From the NCBI GenBank assembly GCA_030650415.1, contig JAUSEG010000025.1, forward strand, positions 11,916 to 75,915: DNA of 64,000 nucleotides. The letters are read 5' to 3'. The translations under genes were made by a program, and so were the position numbers. Under the pieces are notes generated by a model. It did no database searches. It was not told the DNA's origin and saw only the letters and a program-made list of their open reading frames with translations. Shown here in pieces: positions 62,422 to 64,000 of this stretch. Every line of letters begins with the position of its first letter. Within the stretch, counting starts at the first letter, position 1. The stretch comes from a bacterium. Its GTDB lineage: Bacteria > Patescibacteriota > Patescibacteriia > Patescibacteriales > GWC2-42-12.

Positions 62422-62974
62422 TAGAGTTTCCTTTTAGCGATATAATAGGGTCGCTAATTATATTAATAATAAAACTATTGTTTTCTTTAATATTTTTAAT
62501 GAACTCTTGTTTTCTATAAATATGGTAATTTATTTCCCTGTTCAATTCATTTTCTAGCACTCTCACCTTGTCAATCAAAATGTCCTGATCAACTTCGCCG
62601 ATTAGCATTAAATCAATATCACTGTTTGTGTTTTCTTTGTTTTTAGCGATTGAACCAAAAATAAAAGCGATTTCAATTTCATTTAACGCGTCAACCAACT
62701 CTTTTAATTTAGATTCTATGCCCAGAGTTTTTGAAATAATCTTTTTTATATCTTCATAGAGCGGGTAGTTTTTGTTCAATTTAAAAAAACGCAAGTTGCC
62801 TTTGCGTTCATCAAGTAAAATTTCATCTTTAACGAAACCGTCAAGGTGCCTTTGAAAATAGGAAGCTTCTTTATTCAAATTTCTGGCGATTTCAGTTAAG
62901 TAGTATTCCTTGTCCGGATCCTTAAAGAAAAAACTCAATAACTCGCCTTTTCCATTTTTTACAAAATCAAACAT
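62384..62974 (-). CDS. wHTH plus minimal nucleotidyltransferase (MNT) protein (antitoxin of a HEPN/MNT pair)
   Basis: GSIAKNKENTNSDIDLML matches the G-S-x(n)-D-x-D nucleotidyltransferase motif. The N-terminal ~80 aa look like a wHTH. Confidence 0.65.
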   Translation of the reverse strand: MFDFVKNGKGELLSFFFKDPDKEYYLTEIARNLNKEASYFQRHLDGFVKDEILLDERKGNLRFFKLNKNYPLYEDIKKIISKTLGIESKLKELVDALNEIEIAFIFGSIAKNKENTNSDIDLMLIGEVDQDILIDKVRVLENELNREINYHIYRKQEFIKNIKENNSFIINIISDPIISLKGNSNEFTKFITKQPN

Positions 62975-63103
62975 AATAAATTGCTTTGATTAGCTATAAA
63001 ACCATATACAAAGAGTATATGACCATATACAACCTGTATATATCATATCAAATATTAATAAATAAGTAAATAGCTAATTATAAAGAAATTGCTACATACC
63101 AGA

Positions 63104-63532
63104 TTAAGACTTTCTTTTTTTATAATACAAAAATGAAACAATTACCCCGATAATAATAACAACAAAACCAACAACAATCAGGTTATAACCATTTAAAGGT
63201 TTTGTTACAATATTTTTAAATATAGCATAGTAATCCCTGCCCCAGCCAATATTTAAAGATACAAAAGTTAACCTTAACTCATCGCAACACTTTTCTTCTC
63301 CCAAAAAAAGATTGCACGTTCCAAATTCTGTGGTTACCACATAATCTCCAGAATAGCTCTTCCAGCCAGAAGGAAAATCATAATGTGTGTTTTCGTCCCC
63401 GACCCAGTAACCAGCGCATTCTTTTGTCTGAGGGTTTATGGCAATCCCTCCTCGGACGGCGGGAGCAGCGTAGGTATTATTAGTTAATAAAAATAAAACG
63501 AAAATAAAAAAAATAAATATCAATTTTTTCAT
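63104..63532 (-). CDS. Small secreted protein with a C-terminal TM anchor
   Basis: Signal peptide (..TNNTYA), a Cys-containing ectodomain, and a C-terminal helix followed by KKRKS. Confidence 0.5.
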   Translation of the reverse strand: MKKLIFIFFIFVLFLLTNNTYAAPAVRGGIAINPQTKECAGYWVGDENTHYDFPSGWKSYSGDYVVTTEFGTCNLFLGEEKCCDELRLTFVSLNIGWGRDYYAIFKNIVTKPLNGYNLIVVGFVVIIIGVIVSFLYYKKRKS

Positions 63533-63656
63533 AAACAGTTATTTAATAACTTACACCTCTATTTTACCACTTCCTATCTTAAGCTATAACGTGCTCTAAC
63601 CTAATTTATTACTAACTAAAAACAAAAACGAAGCCTCTAATAGACTTTGTTCCGTT

Positions 63657-63677
63657 TGCGGGATGGACGGGACTCGG
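63657..63677 (-). repeat. 21-bp direct repeat of the tRNA-Asp 3' end (second copy at 63831-63851)
   Basis: TGCGGGATGGACGGGACTCGG occurs at both positions. 19 nt are the tRNA 3' end and 2 nt are flanking sequence. Confidence 0.9.
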
Positions 63678-63832
63678 CTTCGGCTCTCGTCGGCTTCCGC
63701 CTCCTCGACCTAGCCACCGCCTCGCGGCGCTCCTCGCCTAATAGCTCGTCGCGCATCGCTCCGGCGTCCTCGTCCCATCTCTTCCAATCAAAAAAAGAAA
63801 AAGCTCCGCAGGGAGCTTTTTCTTTTTTTATG

Positions 63833-63906
63833 CGGGATGGACGGGACTCGGACCCGCGACCTCTGCCGTGACAGGGCAGCGCTCTAACCAGCTGAGCTAC
63901 CATCCC
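63833..63906 (-). tRNA. tRNA-Asp (anticodon GUC), CCA not encoded
   Basis: The reverse complement is GGGATGG TA GCTC AGCTGGTTA GAGC G CTGCC CTGTCAC GGCAG AGGTC GCGGG TCCGAGT CCCGT CCATCCC G. It closely resembles E. coli tRNA-Asp, except that the T-loop reads TCCGAGT (C at position 55). Confidence 0.85.
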
Positions 63907-64000
63907 AAAAAAATTTTAAACTATATAATAAAAGCCTCTTAACGAGACTAAAATTATCCTAACAAAAAACCACTTGTTAGTCAATTCTGTTGTAGTTCTA

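Noticed and set aside
63657-63830. tmRNA or a second tRNA gene using the duplicated acceptor/T-arm fragment
   Set aside because: Only the 3' 19 nt of tRNA-Asp are duplicated. No matching 5' acceptor strand, D-arm or anticodon arm can be found. The acceptor lacks the G3:U70 alanine identity pair that tmRNA needs.
63637-63903. ORFs 63637..63903 (-) and 63647..63871 (+)
   Set aside because: They run through the tRNA-Asp gene, its terminator and the GC-rich repeat filler. They are low-complexity Arg/Ser/Glu translations, so they are spurious.
1-64000. CRISPR array
   Set aside because: Many short palindromic repeats are present. However, they are inverted rather than direct, irregularly spaced and belong to several families, and no cas genes are present. 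None of them has repeat-spacer periodicity.

Overview
This is a gene-dense bacterial chromosome segment with AT-rich intergenic DNA. It holds about 65 protein genes, 2 tRNAs and 1 intact IS element. No database search or computation was run; every call comes from reading the sequence and the ORF track.

The core genes are nusA, rlmN, greA, recA, smc, ruvC, yebC, efp, rpsF-ssb-rpsR, ychF, sufS-like, an ABC-F ATPase, and two glgA genes with a GH57 gene. Other traits are large modular surface proteins, a T4SS-pilin-like protein, almost no Shine-Dalgarno sequences, and TATAAT boxes only 6-10 nt from many ATGs. Together these suggest a Patescibacteria/CPR-type genome (inference). The genetic code is standard: TAA, TAG and TGA each end conserved genes.

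I found no CRISPR array, reverse transcriptase or recognisable multi-gene defence operon. The things that stand out are:

1. **Short GC-rich palindromic elements.** The window is saturated with several families, many of them nested. Three families are unusual.
   - One is inserted in-frame, in the same orientation and reading frame, inside greA and inside an unrelated flavoprotein gene.
   - One brackets the start codons of three genes and sits in-frame inside a fourth.
   - One forms 108-169 nt hairpins whose outer arms differ completely between copies yet stay perfectly complementary, around a conserved internal-loop sequence.
2. **GC-rich islands.** Seven single-gene or two-gene islands are embedded in the backbone, each with its own promoter and terminator. 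They encode CsrA, an outer-membrane-type beta-barrel, a stand-alone PurH N-terminal domain, a ParB-HTH-like protein and several unknowns.
3. **Paralogous surface-protein genes flanking a Bro-N gene.** One is split by a single in-frame TAA and has a G8 tract in its promoter spacer.
4. **Toxin-antitoxin pairs.** These are an AbiEii-like pair and a HEPN/MNT pair.
5. **A tRNA-Asp 3'-end duplication** that looks like an attachment-site scar.

My best candidate for something undescribed is the palindromic-element system. I cannot show that it is novel or functional from this window alone.
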